A DNA stretch of 64,000 nt from Intoshia linei (lineage: Eukaryota; Animalia; Orthonectida): contig LWCA01000005.1 of assembly GCA_001642005.1 (NCBI GenBank), positions 1 to 64,000 of the forward strand. Direction: 5' to 3'. The translations under genes were made by a program, and so were the position numbers. The notes under the pieces were generated by a model. The model had not been told where the DNA came from, made no database searches, and saw only the letters and a list, made by a program, of their open reading frames with translations. Shown one piece after another: positions 63,906 to 64,000 of this stretch; position 1 is the stretch's first letter; the number at the start of each line of letters is the position of its first letter.

Positions 63906-64000
63906 TTAGAGCAGGGATTCTCAACCTAGGCCATATCTCCCATTTTTTATTATTTGGGGCGATTTATTTTTAAATTGATATTATAATTTCCTTATTAAAT

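Overview
This is eukaryotic, almost certainly metazoan, nuclear DNA rather than prokaryotic. It is very AT-rich and gene-dense, with GT-AG introns that are either about 35-45 nt or 0.5-3 kb and filled with DNA-transposon debris. That architecture fits a reduced invertebrate genome such as the orthonectid Intoshia, but this is an inference. The ORF track therefore mostly shows single exons. Genes reconstructed by hand-splicing: MED24-like (-); a type I membrane protein with a Notch-ligand-like MNNL/C2 domain (+); a C-terminally truncated UVSSA (+); a compact RanBD nucleoporin, RanBP2/Nup50-like (-); EIPR1/TSSC1 (+); DHTKD1 (-); WDR12/Ytm1 (+); DTD1 (+); a PP2A B56 subunit (+); AGBL4/CCP6 (-); TTC7 (+, 3' incomplete); and several hypothetical multi-exon genes. 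Introns and spacers hold many non-autonomous elements, often nested: Buster-type, Tip100-like, Blackjack-like and hATm hAT elements with 8-bp TSDs, pogo/Tigger (TA), piggyBac-like (TTAA) and Helitrons. There are also two decayed Buster transposase genes. A 637-bp exact duplicate bounded by single Ns (22143, 23640) is probably a scaffolding artefact. I found no clear novel multi-gene system. The best leads are the MNNL membrane protein lacking DSL/EGF, the UVSSA that stops just after its TFIIH-binding FxxV motif, a host-size intron inside a transposase, a nested-hairpin templated insertion and a candidate structured RNA.
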